Assembly (NCBI GenBank): GCA_008632985.1
Contig: QPGO01000036.1
Location: forward strand, 248,001-312,000
Origin: Psammoneis japonica
Taxonomy: Eukaryota
DNA length: 64,000 nt
Reading direction: 5' to 3'
In this document: one piece after another, positions 13,580 to 26,044 of the stretch
Position numbering within the stretch: position 1 is the first letter of the stretch
Layout of the letters: each line of letters starts with the position of its first letter
The notes under the pieces: model-generated
The model's database searches: none
What the model was told of the DNA's origin: nothing
The model's input: the letters and a program-made list of their open reading frames with translations, nothing else
Program-made: the position numbers and the translations under genes

Positions 13580-14126
13580 ATGATTCTCAGAGAATATGAT
13601 ATTGAAGATTTTAGGGGCGAGTCGTATTGAAATTGCATGGCGCTTGCACGATGACGTTGTTCTTAGCTTTTTGTAGTGTACTAGCATGGTAAATAATTCT
13701 ATTTAGAATGTTGCCTTGCTTTGAATTGGTATTGATCTACTGTAGGCGTATGGTTAAAATAATTCGATAACGCTTGTGCTCATGTTTACCGTTGTTCTGC
13801 ATATCGAGCGTGAATTGATTGCCTAAATACCGGCTCTCTTCTTTGATTCGCGAACCAACAGAGATTAGTGATACTTGATATCGATACCGATGAATCAGGC
13901 GAGCCGAATCTTTGTTCTCCACGGATATGCAGGTCGCGACAACTACATCTATTTGTGGACCTGACCTAGCTTGACCGCATTTGGTTTGCAACAACTAGCG
14001 GGACGAGAAGAACCGAGTGTCACTACTGCACCAGGTTTCCCAAGCGAAAGCCATGAACTACCTATATTACGACAACGCAACTCGTCTAAACGCTAGCTAC
14101 ACAGTTTCCCCTGAATCATGTACTTG

Positions 14127-15726
14127 TTAGTCTATTTGAGGTTGTTTTTCACCGCAGGAAAGACAAAACTTTGCGTCAACGGGTAGCTTGGTTCCGCAAA
14201 ATACACAAAATTTTTTAGCTTCTTCTGCTGGCTCGTTTCTCGCTGCTGGTTCGATTACTTCAAGTATGCCATTCATTGGCGTTTTCTTTTCGACATATGA
14301 CTCGTCGTCACTCTCTTGAACGAGGGCAGCTTCTACTATTGTTGATTCTTGCAGGGAATTTAAGCCTTCTTGATGCCAATCCAGCAGCAAATTACTCAGT
14401 TCTTCAAAGCTATCTATAATGGCATCAGCGAATTCACGATGTATCGCGTCCTCCAAATAGTCTCCCGCCCCAATTCCCATTTTTATTTCCTTCATTTCCG
14501 ATATCTCCTTGACAAACTCCTCTACACTCTTGGATGGCGCCTTGTCCTTGTCTTCGGTTTCTGTTGCCTTTGGAACGTTAATTAGTTCCCTCGACCACAC
14601 ACTTCTCATATTCAAACCTTTTGCTGCCACTACATCTTTTGCAAAATCATCACCAACATGCACCCACCACGGTCCAACCATTTCTTGCAATACTTCGGGT
14701 GTCAGTTTGTTTTCTTGCAAGAGTGATCCAAACAAATCTTGTACATGGGGATGTTGACCAACCGTCCGCATGGCCTTTACATAGACACGGTTGTCAGGCT
14801 TGGCTACACCCACGCTTTCGGCATTGATACAAAAATCAAAATACTCTCCCAATCCTTCGACTGTCTGAGGAGACGAGTTGCCATCGGTGATGGCTCCAAT
14901 CAAGACCGGATTGCCTGACGATCCGGTTATACTGCTCTTGAGTTTCTCCAAACACTCTTTGGCATTCGAGGCTAAAAAAGAGGGGATGACATCGTGTCGC
15001 GCTCTTGTCCAGACGTGAAAGGCCTCGTCCGCAAGCGACATGGATTCCTCCTCTGAAAAATCATTGTGTTCTTCTAAAATGTACTGAATTGCATCCTTTC
15101 GCAAAAGGGTCAAAAGAACCGGTGCCTTGGGTTCATCTGGCGGTGCATCCTTCTCTTTTGTATCTTGTTCCATTAGTGGACAGTATCGCGGTTTTGACAC
15201 TTGAAACAATTCACCCATGACTTTTTCGACTCGAATGGGTTGATGAATGTTGGATCGATCCAAAAACTCAGCGAGCGCATCGTTAGCTGCCGCAATGGTT
15301 GGTGTCGTTTTCCATACGGTATTGTCCAGATCAAACGTAATTACCCGAACTTCACTTTTGGGAAGAGCCTTGAGCTGCTGCGCTTGTTCTGCTTCTCGTT
15401 GTCTGTACATACTCGAGTACAAACCATTTTGTGAGTGGGGCTACGAGTTTCAAGTTGCGAGATGAAACAACATACACAATTATTTTTCGGTCGACTCACT
15501 CTCCCTCATAGTACATTTTTTCCCATTTCGATACTGGTGTATCTTTTTCTTCGTTTGTGGTCTTGGACATGAAACTTGATATCCTAGCAGCAATCGAGTG
15601 CCGAGCTTGTAGTGACTGACGAGGAGGAGGAGGCGCAACAAGAGCCTTTGTAAATAGCATCCATGGAATCACCAACAGCAATCCGAGACAATTGAAAAAT
15701 CTTTTCGATGGAACCAGGATGCTCAT
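14127..15726 (-). CDS. HAD-superfamily hydrolase with signal/plastid-like presequence and C-terminal zinc ribbon; one intron near 15441-15499
   Basis: HAD motifs FDLDNT, ITDGN, KPD, HVGDD and CxxC...CxxC tail (KFCVFCG...KFCLSCG). Upstream ORF 15496-15726 has a hydrophobic leader. The exact splice phase is not resolved. Confidence 0.8.
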
Positions 15727-15980
15727 TCCTTCACACGTCCTTTTCGATCCTCGGGATTTAACTTAGCAGGACAACAATAAAGTGCTATGTCGGCACTTAC
15801 TTCTACTTGTTTGCTCGCTCTTGTTGGTTATTGTGGCTCTGTCACTCTGTCTTCGTCCAGATGAGGTCTGTTTACCATGTTTACGCGCGAGCTCGTATTT
15901 TTGTGGGAAAATTCCGGATTTCTCGTACGGGATGCGCGCGCGCGCTCGCCAACAAAATATTTTCAGCGATGGGTCGAACC

Positions 15981-16514
15981 GAAAGACATCATAGAATGTT
16001 GTGTTAGCGCTAGTTCCGTGTATCTGCGTGTTAAGTAGACACACGGATTGGATAAAGAAGCTTCATCAATTAGAACTTTTATATGTATCCCTTCGTCCCA
16101 GATCAGCTCAAGACGTCCTCAATGGGAGGATGGAGCTGGCCCATCCCTCCACAAACACCAAGTGACCCCACTTGGGCCAGACCACTCATGCGGAACGATC
16201 ACCAACCCACCACGCACAGAGACCACCGACACCACACTGAGCAGACAACAAAAACCTGGCAACATGCTGATGACGGCACCAGAATCAATTCGATGTCACG
16301 CGCACAGCCCAAGAAAACTGCACACAACAACCACCCCTTGTTCGTGTCGCTGCATTGACTGTGCAATGTCCACTTTCTCACAGTGCTGCAGGTTGAACGG
16401 AAAGACATCATAGAATGTTGTGTTGGTGCCAGTTCATTCCGTGCATGCATCTGCATGTTGTGCAGACACAAGGATTGGATGAAGAAGCTTCATCCATTGG
16501 AACTTTTGCACGCA
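15981..16514 (+). repeat. Direct duplication of about 110 bp: copy A 15981-16087 (unmutated) and copy B 16400-16514 (TpA-hypermutated)
   Basis: Both copies begin gaaagacatcatagaatgttgtgtt. 10 of 11 TpA in copy A are TpG or CpA in copy B. Confidence 0.9.
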
Positions 16515-17060
16515 GGGTCATCTTTGCTCCCCACAACCGTTGAAGACACTCGTTCAAGACACTCGTTCATCACAAACTTTTTCATTCCGCACATTGTTCT
16601 TTCTGTTTATTTTCACACACATGTTGCACTTGCCATGTGTTTTTCACACAATTTCCTCAAGTGGCAACCCCGTGCATCATTCCACGTCCTTTTCACGCAG
16701 GATTTCTGATCAAAAATTTTTCTCCCCAATTCGTTCCTGCGGGACTTCATCAATCTTGTCAACCGCCCCCCACAAGACTCAACATGCGTTGATCAGGACA
16801 TGATGAAAATGTCGTTTCATGACCGCAAATCTGTGACCACACAAATCCACGACCACACAAACCATGACGCAAGAACAAACTCATCACCCTTTCATTCCCT
16901 GCAACGCCACAAAGACATTGTCCCTCTCGCGACATGCGCGGTGCCACATCCAGAACCTTCTGCCCAATGCCAGAATGACGCACATGTTGTTTTTTGTCTG
17001 CATCCCAATGGATGTTGGTGCAGCCAATCCAGTGCCTTTTTTGGGTGTGTGCTCTTCTTC

Positions 17061-18056
17061 TCACAATGCTCTTTGTCGAATGCAAGGCACGCACCAAATC
17101 AGACCATGATGACATGCCCAGAATGATGCGCTGCTTTTTTTGTCACTGAACAATCTCACCCCATCATTGTTGTCCCTCTTTTTGGTTCTTGGAGATGAAG
17201 GATGGGATTCTTTTGTGTCGTGCACAATCACAATCGTGGATTCAACCAACGCCGCCCCAATGGGGGGCATGTTGCACCCTTTGGAGGTGGTCGTGGCCAT
17301 GTGATGGTGGTGTGGCAGGCTGAGTTGGCCGCATTTTTGGCGACATGGTTGATGCTGGTGCTGCTGTGGGAGGCCGAGTGGGCCCCATTGGTGGCAGGGG
17401 AGGATGTGCCGGTGCTGTTGGTGATGGTGGCAGTGGCGTCGGCATTGCAGCCGGCAGCCGGCACGGAGGTGCTTCCAGTCATGTGCAGCAGGTCGCAACG
17501 CCGATGCTGCTGATGGTGGTGGTGGAGGCCGTGGCGGGGCCATGGCTTTGGCTGTGGTGGCGGCCCTTGTGTTGGATGTGTTGCTGGACATTTGGATGAC
17601 ACTGGCGGTGTGGGAGGCCGGACCGGTGGTGTGGGAGGCCGAGCAGGCCGCGTTGGCAGTGACACGCTTGGTGCTGGCGGTGTGGGAGGCCGAGTGGGCC
17701 ACATTGGCGGTGTTGTGCTTGATGCTGGTGGTGTGGGAGGCCAGAATGGTGGTGTGGAAGGTCAAGCAGGCTGTGTTGGAGGTGACATGCTTGATGCTGG
17801 TGGTGTGGGAGGCTGAGCAGGTGGAGCTGGTGGCGACAGCGTTGGTGATGGCGGTCGTGGCATCAGCATTGCAACTGGCAGCCGTCACAGCGGCAGTCAT
17901 GCAGCAGGTTGCAACGCCGATGCTGCTGATGGTGGCAGTGGACACCATCATCGGAGCCGCACTTTGGCCGTGGTGGTGGCCCTCGTGCAGGACATCCCTG
18001 GCCCATGCATTCACGTTGCGTGAAAGTGCAGCGTGGTTTTGTGCTGTCCTCGACAA
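17061..18056 (-). pseudogene. Degenerate repetitive ORF relic with internal tandem repeats (SHTTS/SHTAS units)
   Basis: Repeated ggtggtgtgggaggc units at about 17300-17830. No Tyr. Identity unknown. Confidence 0.35.
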
Positions 18057-18405
18057 TCAACCAAGCCAGTCATTTGACAACTGACCTGACCCAACTGGCC
18101 AAAGCAGGCTTTGATGATTGTGTCTGGCAGTTGAACAGGGTCAAACAACCTGAGGTGGCTTTCACAAGACAACCAGCAAGAGGATGCATTTTTGGTCGAG
18201 AAAATTGCCACGTTGCGGAAAAGTGCGGTGCGGTTTGCACTGGAATTAACACAGAATTCCACAGGGACAGTGTTTTGAGCGCCATTGTTTGAACATGGAC
18301 ATTCATGCCAAATGAGGCACTCGACATGCCAGCGCTAATTTTGCGCAGCTTTTTTTCATGCGATGACACAAATGTGTGTGCAATCCTGGCTGCCGCGCTT
18401 TCCTG

Positions 18406-18567
18406 CGCAAGGTCTGACGAAGACAAAGACTTGAGTGATGACAAAGTTGTGAGAGAGAGACCAAGGCAACGAGGTTGCTTTCAGCAAAGCCCATCACAAT
18501 GGCTCCTCTTGTGTCCAATGGGATCATCAATGCTGTGTGTCAGAAAAACAGGGTGTGCGACACTGCA
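18406..18567 (-). repeat. 3' LTR of the Gypsy element (contains the empty piggyBac target site at 18527-18530)
   Basis: Aligns to 23475-23597 plus 24772-24808 (aagacaaagacttgagtgatgacaaagttgtgagagagagacc...cagaaaaa..gggtg.gcgacactgca). Confidence 0.9.
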
Positions 18568-18699
18568 CTCTTCCCTTCCATGATTCAAAATGTGAGAATC
18601 ATTCGGGACTCCAAAACTTTTTAAAAATTTCAACTCAAATTCCATGAGAGGAAACAAGGGAAACCCAAGTGTTGGGGAAAAAACCCTCAACCTCAAATT

Positions 18700-21600
18700 C
18701 GATGCGCGGGACGACGCGCCAAATGTTGAGTTGTTCCACCACATGAGGCACCCGTTGAACTGCAACAGTGCCATTGACGTGCACCTGAACAATGGGACAA
18801 GGGCCATGTGCCTGAGGTGCAAGCTTGGCAGGATCAACTGTCTTGACAAGTGCTTGATCGATGTTCTTGAAAAGCGGCGAGATCCACTGGAACTGGCAGG
18901 TCTAAAATCATGTCACGGTGGAACACCACAGCACCGGGTGAAACCTTGAGAGCCCAGGATGCCACACATTGCATGGCATGCATTGCCGTTGCCAAAGCAT
19001 TGTCCACTGGTTGATTGGCTTGTCCAACATTCTGTGGAGGATAAAGATGAAGCAAAGCATGCAAGACGTCACCAACAGTTTGATGCGCACGTTTGCATGC
19101 CGCATTGGCTTGTGGATTTCTGGATGGCAGCACATCTTCCACTCCAGCCTGTTGCAACAACAGTTGAAAATGTTCTCCAATAAATTCTCTGCCATTGTCA
19201 TGAATGCAGCGGTTGGGATGAAGACAACGAGACAACCAACAATTCTGAAATTGCTGGGAAATGTGTTCGGAGGTTTTGTTGTCCACACAGATGAGTTCCG
19301 TGACATTCGAAACTGCGCCAATGCAAGTCAAAGCGTTGAACTCAATCTCCTGGCCCTGAACATCAATCTTCCAGGGACCAATGAGGTCAACTGCAACTTC
19401 ATTCCATGGCAACAAAGATGCTTCGTGCTCAGGCAGTTCCCCATGTCTGGGACCCAAAGTTTTCAAACGTTGACAATCAGTGCAACAAAATTCTTTGCAG
19501 GTTCGACAAAGGACAGGATGACAAAAATGCATGCCAATGGTTGAATGCATGCGATGCATTCCTGCATGTCCCAATGTCCTGTGATGCCATTGAATCATGT
19601 CAGGCAATGAAGCAGCAGGGATGCAGATCTTCCAGTCTGTTGAAGGAGCATTGGGATGAGCTCGGTGACAAATCACAGGACATTGGCTCACACATTCAAT
19701 CACGAATCGTTCCGGATGTTGTTGTCACATGTCACTCAATTCCACATCAATGAATTGGTGCTCTTGAATTCGTTGCACAGTTGTTGGATTTTGCATTTCA
19801 TCAAGCGAAGGATGGTTCAAAAACGATTCACACAGTTCAGGATCATCAACAAAAGAGGAGCAGAATTGAGAGGGTTCTTCTCGACAGCAAGTGAAACACA
19901 ACACATGCTCTGGGTTGTCAAGTTCTTCTTCATGAGGTGGCATTGCAGTGTTGATTGCTTTGAAATCTGTCAGCTTGCCTTCATTTGGAGTGCACTTCCC
20001 TTCCGTTTGAGGATCCATGCATGTGGCAATTGCAAAAAGCAGTCTGCCAATGGGCTGTCCTTGCCGTCAACATGCTCAAAGGTTGGAGCAAAGTCTTCCA
20101 AGAAGAGCCTCCACCTGAGTGCTTGTTGAGAATTGAGCGCATGAAAGGTGAGATTTTTATGATCAGCAAAAACAGCACAATCAGCTCCCAATGACATGGA
20201 ACGGAATTCTTTGAAACACATGGCCACCGCGAGAAGTTCTTTCTTGATGGTTGAACAATTCTGCTGTGCTGAACTGAGCTTCCGCGACCAACATGCTGCT
20301 GGCTTTTGATCTTGCATGATTGCTGCACCCATTTGACAGTCGGAGGAATCGGTGCAAACATGGAAGGGCTTGTTGTGATTCGGGTGGACCCAAAGGGCAT
20401 CATCCATCATCAAAGTCTTCACATCTTTAAAGGCTTTCTGACACTGTGGAGTCCGCTCCAATTTGCTCTTGCCGGTCAACTTAGCAAGTGGAGCAAGTGC
20501 ATGAGAGTGACGGGGCCACACATTCTGACAGCAGGTTGCCGCACTGACAAAAGATTGTAGTTGTGTCACATTCTGAGGAGGTTGCATCCGCAATGCAGCA
20601 TCAACCTTTTTCTTCCAAGGTCGAACTCCTGCAGGTGTGAGCCAATGGCCCAGAAAATCTGTCTCTTGGATGCACCACTCACATTTGAGTGGATTGACTT
20701 TGAGATTGTTTTCTTCCAGCCTGGACAATGACTTGTCAAGTCAACGCATGTGAGCATCAAACGAATCATCAAATTGAGCAACATCATCAATGTGGGCCTC
20801 GACATTGAGTCCGTTTGCCACTTTTTCAATGACAGCCTGAGCAACATCTGGTGAGGTCTTAAATCCCATGGCCAGCCTGCAAAGCTGGAATTTTCCAAAT
20901 GGAGTGACAATTGCACAAAGGTCCTTGAAGTCATCGTCCAGCTCAATGTGACAGCAAAACATGGTGAGGTCCAACTTGGTCAAAAATTTGCACCCTGATC
21001 GTCGGTGTAAAACATCCTGAACAACCTTGTCCAACTCTCAAAAGTCAGATGCCCATCTTGCTCGTTCATCTTTCTTGGGAGTTGCAAAAGTTCCTGCTGC
21101 CCATTCCGTTGGTCCCACTGGTTCTAGCACACCAGTGTCGCAAAGATGTTGCAGTTCCTTCTTGAAAACTGCCTCGTCTTGTTTGGACACTTTGTGGGCT
21201 TTGGAATGAAAGGGAGTGGCGTTGGCATCAACTTCCAAATGTGCAGTTTTGTGTGGATGTTTGCCGAGAGTCCCATCAGAAAGAGTTTCATGATTCTCAA
21301 GTGCGACTTGAAGTTCATCGCGTTGCTCCTGCATCAAATGAGTTTGTGATTGTGCCACTTTTTCGGTCGACACTTTTTCATGCTTTGCATCCAACATGAA
21401 GGATTGACTTGACAATTCTTCATTGGTTTTGTCCTCCTTGTTGTCGTCCAACACATCCAACCAATTCTGCACTTGGATCCAATGATTGGATTGCTTCATC
21501 GGGATCGTGGTGTCCAACCATTTCATGGCTGCAAACCTGAAATCCAATGCCACACCAGCTTCAGCTGGGAAGTCTTGACCCAACATCACATCACACTTGC

Positions 21601-23240
21601 ACTGTGAATCAAACACTTGAGCCACAATTCCACTTTGTGATGACATGTCGAGAGGATTCATGTCATCCGGCCACCATCTGAAAGCTCAGTTGTCCCTCAT
21701 CATTCACAGTTGGATTGGCTCCCTTGGGCAAAACTCGAGAATGCACAAGTGTGTCAGCACCTCCTGAATCTGATGATGTGCGCAACACTCGCTTGCTCTC
21801 TTGATTTTGCATTGTGCGCGCTGCCATCAATGTTGTGGGCACCACACTCAATGGCTTGGGAGTCACAGTTTTTGGGGTTGGCGCAGCATGCTCCAAGGCG
21901 CTGCCCATTTCTTCTTCATTCACAGCACAGGATTCCATCAGGTCCCCCACACTTTCATCAACATTGAAACACATGCGTTCATCACAACCACACAAAACAT
22001 GAAAAGATTGAGCGAAACGCTCTGACTCGGGCACTTCCGTCCCTTGTCAATTGTGCCAGCTGCGTTGGCCTTGAGGAAAACAACCACCTTGGTCGCATCC
22101 ATTTCCACCTCGCGTCTCACGAGGCCCTCCTTGATCGAAATGGTGCAACTCCATTTGCCAGTCACCAGGAGGAGCTGTTCCAGCTAGATTTCCATGGCCT
22201 TGGGCATCACCGTTGGCTTGGGTGCCATTTTGATGTTGACAATGAGATCCTCCTCCTTGGGAATTTTGTGATCCTTGGCAGCTGCCATGTCCTCAGCCAC
22301 CACAATTGCCTTGACTGCCACAGCCACCACGTCCTTGACCTTGGAAGTTGCCACGACCTCCTCGGCCTTGCGAACCTCTGCCTTGGAAGTTTCCATGGCC
22401 TCCACCTCGACCTCCACGGTCTGTCCTTGGTCAACAGTTTTGGTTGTCTGGACTCAAAATGCAATCCTTCCATTTGTGGTCATGATTGGCATGTGCTGGG
22501 CACCCAGACTCTGGATCAGCTCAAGTGTTGTTCCCTCGACTTCACCCAGAAGCTTGAGAGGATGAAGCATTGCTCTTTTGCTTCTTGCTCTGCTTTTTGT
22601 TGCTGCTCTTGTCAGCAAAGGATTTCTCATTGTTCACGCAGCTGACAATCTCGGCAAGACTGTCGTCAGCTGTTGATCGTCCTGCTCGAGTGTGCATCTC
22701 ATGCCACGGACGAGGAAAGCTGTTGAAGATCATCTTCTTCTTCTGAGCGTCATTGGCTTGAGGAGCATTTCCTGGTGACTTGTTAGAACAGCAAACCAAG
22801 GCCTCCATGTGATCAGCATGTGCCTGCACTTCAGATTTGAACAGTTTCTTCAGGGTCAGCAAACATTCAATCACAGTGTCGCGCGCCTCATTGTCACAAT
22901 GAGACAGGTGAAAACCACTCATCTCTTGATCAATTGTCAGCATCAGCAGTGGTGTCAGTCAAATTTGCCCATTTGACCTCAGCAGCATTGGTTGGTGCTT
23001 CTTTGAAATTGTCAAACAATTCTTTGCCAGCAGCAAACTCCAATTTCACGGCAATCTTACGAAAATGATCCTCAACAAACAACGAAGCTTCAGCGCCATG
23101 GGTGCCATCAAAATGCGGACACTTTCGAGCACGCGCACTGCCATCATCATGCCACTGACTCAATTTCACGTCCTCCAAATCAGAATGCTCAAATTTTGCC
23201 TCACAGTTGACACAGGGTTCTTTTAACGAATCACCCATCA
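18700..23240 (-). pseudogene. Gypsy gag-pol, fragmented by stops and frameshifts
   Basis: Protease VLRTSSDSGG (LLDSG), RT TPFGKF...MG...EAHIDD (YIDD), RNase H VCTDSSDCQMGA...SRKLSSAQQNC...KELL...DHKNL, integrase PWNEVAVDLIGPW...IHDNG.EF...NPQANA. Confidence 0.92.
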
Positions 23241-23474
23241 TGCAATGTGGAGCACAATTGCGAAACAGTCCTCTCCAGGGACTCCACCTTTGACTCCAAA
23301 TGATGCACTTGGCTTGCCAAATTCTGTTCGTGTTGTCTGTGTTGTTGAACTTGTTTCTGGTGGTCAATCACCCAAGCTGCTGCTCTTGCTTGTAATTCTC
23401 TTTTCTCATGTTTGGTCAATCTGTTTGCATTGCCCCCAGTCTCCATCCAGCTCTTGAGTCGACTGCAATTGCAG

Positions 23475-24808
23475 TGCAAGGTCCAACAAGACAAAGACTT
23501 GAGTGATGACAAAGTTGTGAGAGAGAGACCAGGCAACAAGGTTGCTTTCAGTGAAGCCCGTTGCAACGGCTCCCATTGCATCCAATGGGATCATTGACCC
23601 TTCAACCACCAGGGGGGAGCAAATCTCCGCAGGTGGAGATTTGCTCTGCTTGAGGATGTGTGCCGTGTCATGCACTTTTGCAACAACACAATGAACACAG
23701 TAAAACATGTGATGTCATGTGCAATCTGCGTAAAGTGTGCCACGTGCATTTGCTTGTGTGTTGGGAGCAAATCTCCACCGGCGGAGATTTGCTCCCAGGG
23801 TGTGGCATTGTTGCTCCATTTGTGACAGCAACTCATGACAAACTTCATTGTTGAAAGTTGAGATTTAGTTCCTCTTCATTCACAGATGAAGCTTGCAAAA
23901 AACCCGGCGTTGAAAGTTGACATTGAACTTTCTAAATTGCAAAAAGTGTGCCTCCAGATTTTCGGCGAATGCGCGCTCCAGAACAAAATCGCGCGAACAA
24001 AATGTTGTGTCAACAGGAATCATTCGGGTCCTGAGAGTCATCCCGTAGAAATTTTGTGGGAGAGCACTAAAAACAATTGTTGTCAGTCTGTCCATCCGTC
24101 CACACACGAATGTCAACTTCTTGGGAAATCGATTGAAATGCCATCTGATTGACGGCACAGTGTTTTGACTCACACAGTGATGAAGGCCAGCGCCGTCAAT
24201 CAGATGCAGCAGCATTTCAGCTCAGTTCCCGAAAAGTTGTTGGCTCTGATCACTCTCTAGCATGACATCATTTGCACTTCTGCACGCAATGGGAACATTT
24301 CGAAAATGACCCGTGACGTAAAAAGCACAAAACAATTGTGGACGCCTGTGGAATCTACACGTTTTTGTGCTGAAGCTGTTGTGTTCACACAATTTGTGCA
24401 AAAACGGACTTGACTGTCATCGGGTCAGGTGCATTTTTGCAAATGCATTGAAGAAAAATGCACCTGATCAGAAAACAGTCAAGTCCATTTTTTGCAAAGT
24501 TAAAATTCACTGAGGACAGACAGACAGACTTTTCAACAATTGTCTTGGTGCTGTTCTGCACATTTCTGCGCAAATGACTCTACAGCGCAAAAGATTGCCG
24601 CTGTTTTGTGTTTTCCTTGTGTAAAATGTCAATTGTGACCCACGTGACATTTTCGAATGATTCCTGTTGCACCGGCACCGTGTGTCTGAAATTGCTTCAT
24701 TTGCCACATTTGTGGCGTGAGCGGGCAAATCTCCACCCGTGGTGATGGAGATTTGCTCAATGGTTGAAGGGCCAATGCCATCAGAAAAATGGGGTGCGCG
24801 ACACTGCA
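23475..24808 (-). repeat. 5' LTR of the Gypsy element, split by an insertion (23475-23597 and 24772-24808)
   Basis: Colinear with the 3' LTR on both sides of the 1174-bp insert. Confidence 0.88.
23598..24771. mobile_element. Non-autonomous piggyBac-like DNA transposon (MITE-like) nested in the 5' LTR
   Basis: TIRs cccttcaacca...tggttgaaggg. Subterminal palindromes gcaaatctcc...ggagatttgctc at about 23617, 23765 and 24725. Flanks ttga / ccaa and empty site tcaa all fit a mutated TTAA target. No transposase is visible. Confidence 0.8.
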
Positions 24809-25853
24809 TCCTACGACGGTGTGGAGAATGACCAGAAAATGACTGTGACCCAAAAATCGCACACTGTTGCACCAAAGTGCAGCGTGATGCGTGACGTGGA
24901 CCAGGGACATGGTGGTGGACATTTGGATGACGGCGATGGTTGTGACCCTGCCATGCACAATCCACAGTGCTGCATGTTTAGCACAAAAACTGTGGAAATG
25001 TCCACAGCCGGTCAAATGCCAAATTTCGGCATTTCCTGGAAAGCCGTGCTTGTCTCCCTTGAGCAGCGCAATTTTGGAGAAAAATGGCGGTTTGTCGAAT
25101 GCAACAACTGAGCCGAACCCGATGATTGGCTTTTGAAGGTTGAAATGTGCAGTTCACACACAGGTCCAACAGCCCTGATGGGGGGCTGGACACACTCACA
25201 AGAGTGCTTGGGGGTGCTCAGAGGCAACGCAAAACAACACAGGCGAAGTGCGAGAAAATTGCAAAATCACGAGCTAATTGAAACCAGGCCTGCGGGGAGC
25301 ATTGACCACTTGTCTTTCTTTGTGGGTGTGGGTGCATGTGTGCCGTTGCATGCTGCATTGCCTGCATGCACGCAGGGCCCTGCCGCCGGGGCCGGTGTTG
25401 TGGCGGCTGAGTGGCGTGGCCACCGCACCGGTGATGTGGATGACCGTCACATTTGATGTCTCATGCCATTTTTGGGGCTGCAGCGAGGTGCACGGACACT
25501 CTTTTTTTTCCAATTTATCGCCACAACAGTGCATCACACAAACTCACTTGTTGTTTGACATGTTTTCCCCAACATGACTTTTTCGTGTAGAATTCACGAC
25601 AAATTGTCTTTGTGTGCAACTGAGTGCATTTTTGAACATGCCACGCCGGCAATCCCAATTTTTCAGAACTTTCGAGCTCTCCTGAAAAACCGTGCCACGC
25701 ACCCATCATGGGGAATTTGTCGATTTTTTAGGATGTCCCCACAACCTCTCATGTCCTCAATGACAATTCCAAGAATCCGAAGAATTCATCTGCACTGAAC
25801 AACCCATGCCCTTTCAAAATCCGAGGGACACACTTTCAAATTCAGATGGACAA

Positions 25854-25935
25854 CCCAACTGCCCGACTGCCCAACTGCCCGACTGCCCCACTGCCCGACT
25901 GCCCAACTGCCCGACCCCCCGACTGCCCGACTGCC
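25854..25935 (+). repeat. 8-bp microsatellite (gcccgact/gcccaact)n
   Basis: About ten units that vary mainly by CG versus CA. Confidence 0.9.
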
Positions 25936-26044
25936 GGACCGACACGAAAAAGTCTGCAATCATCAACCACTGAGTGGTCAATGAAAATGCCTCATGGGCA
26001 CTTTCAATCGTGTGGAAAAATGACCCCGGGACACATTGAAATTT

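Larger units (their letters stand above)
18406..24808 (-). mobile_element. Ty3/Gypsy LTR retrotransposon, full length, inactivated
   Basis: Two LTRs of about 160 bp, 5-bp TSD tcctg (18401-18405) / tccta (24809-24813), polypurine tract (complement ctcttcccttcc, 18568-18579) next to the 3' LTR, and gene order gag-PR-RT-RH-IN. Confidence 0.92.

Noticed and set aside
23450..23474. tRNA primer-binding site of the Gypsy element
   Set aside because: There is no TGG-starting tRNA complement next to the 5' LTR. The sequence is too mutated to call a PBS or self-priming.
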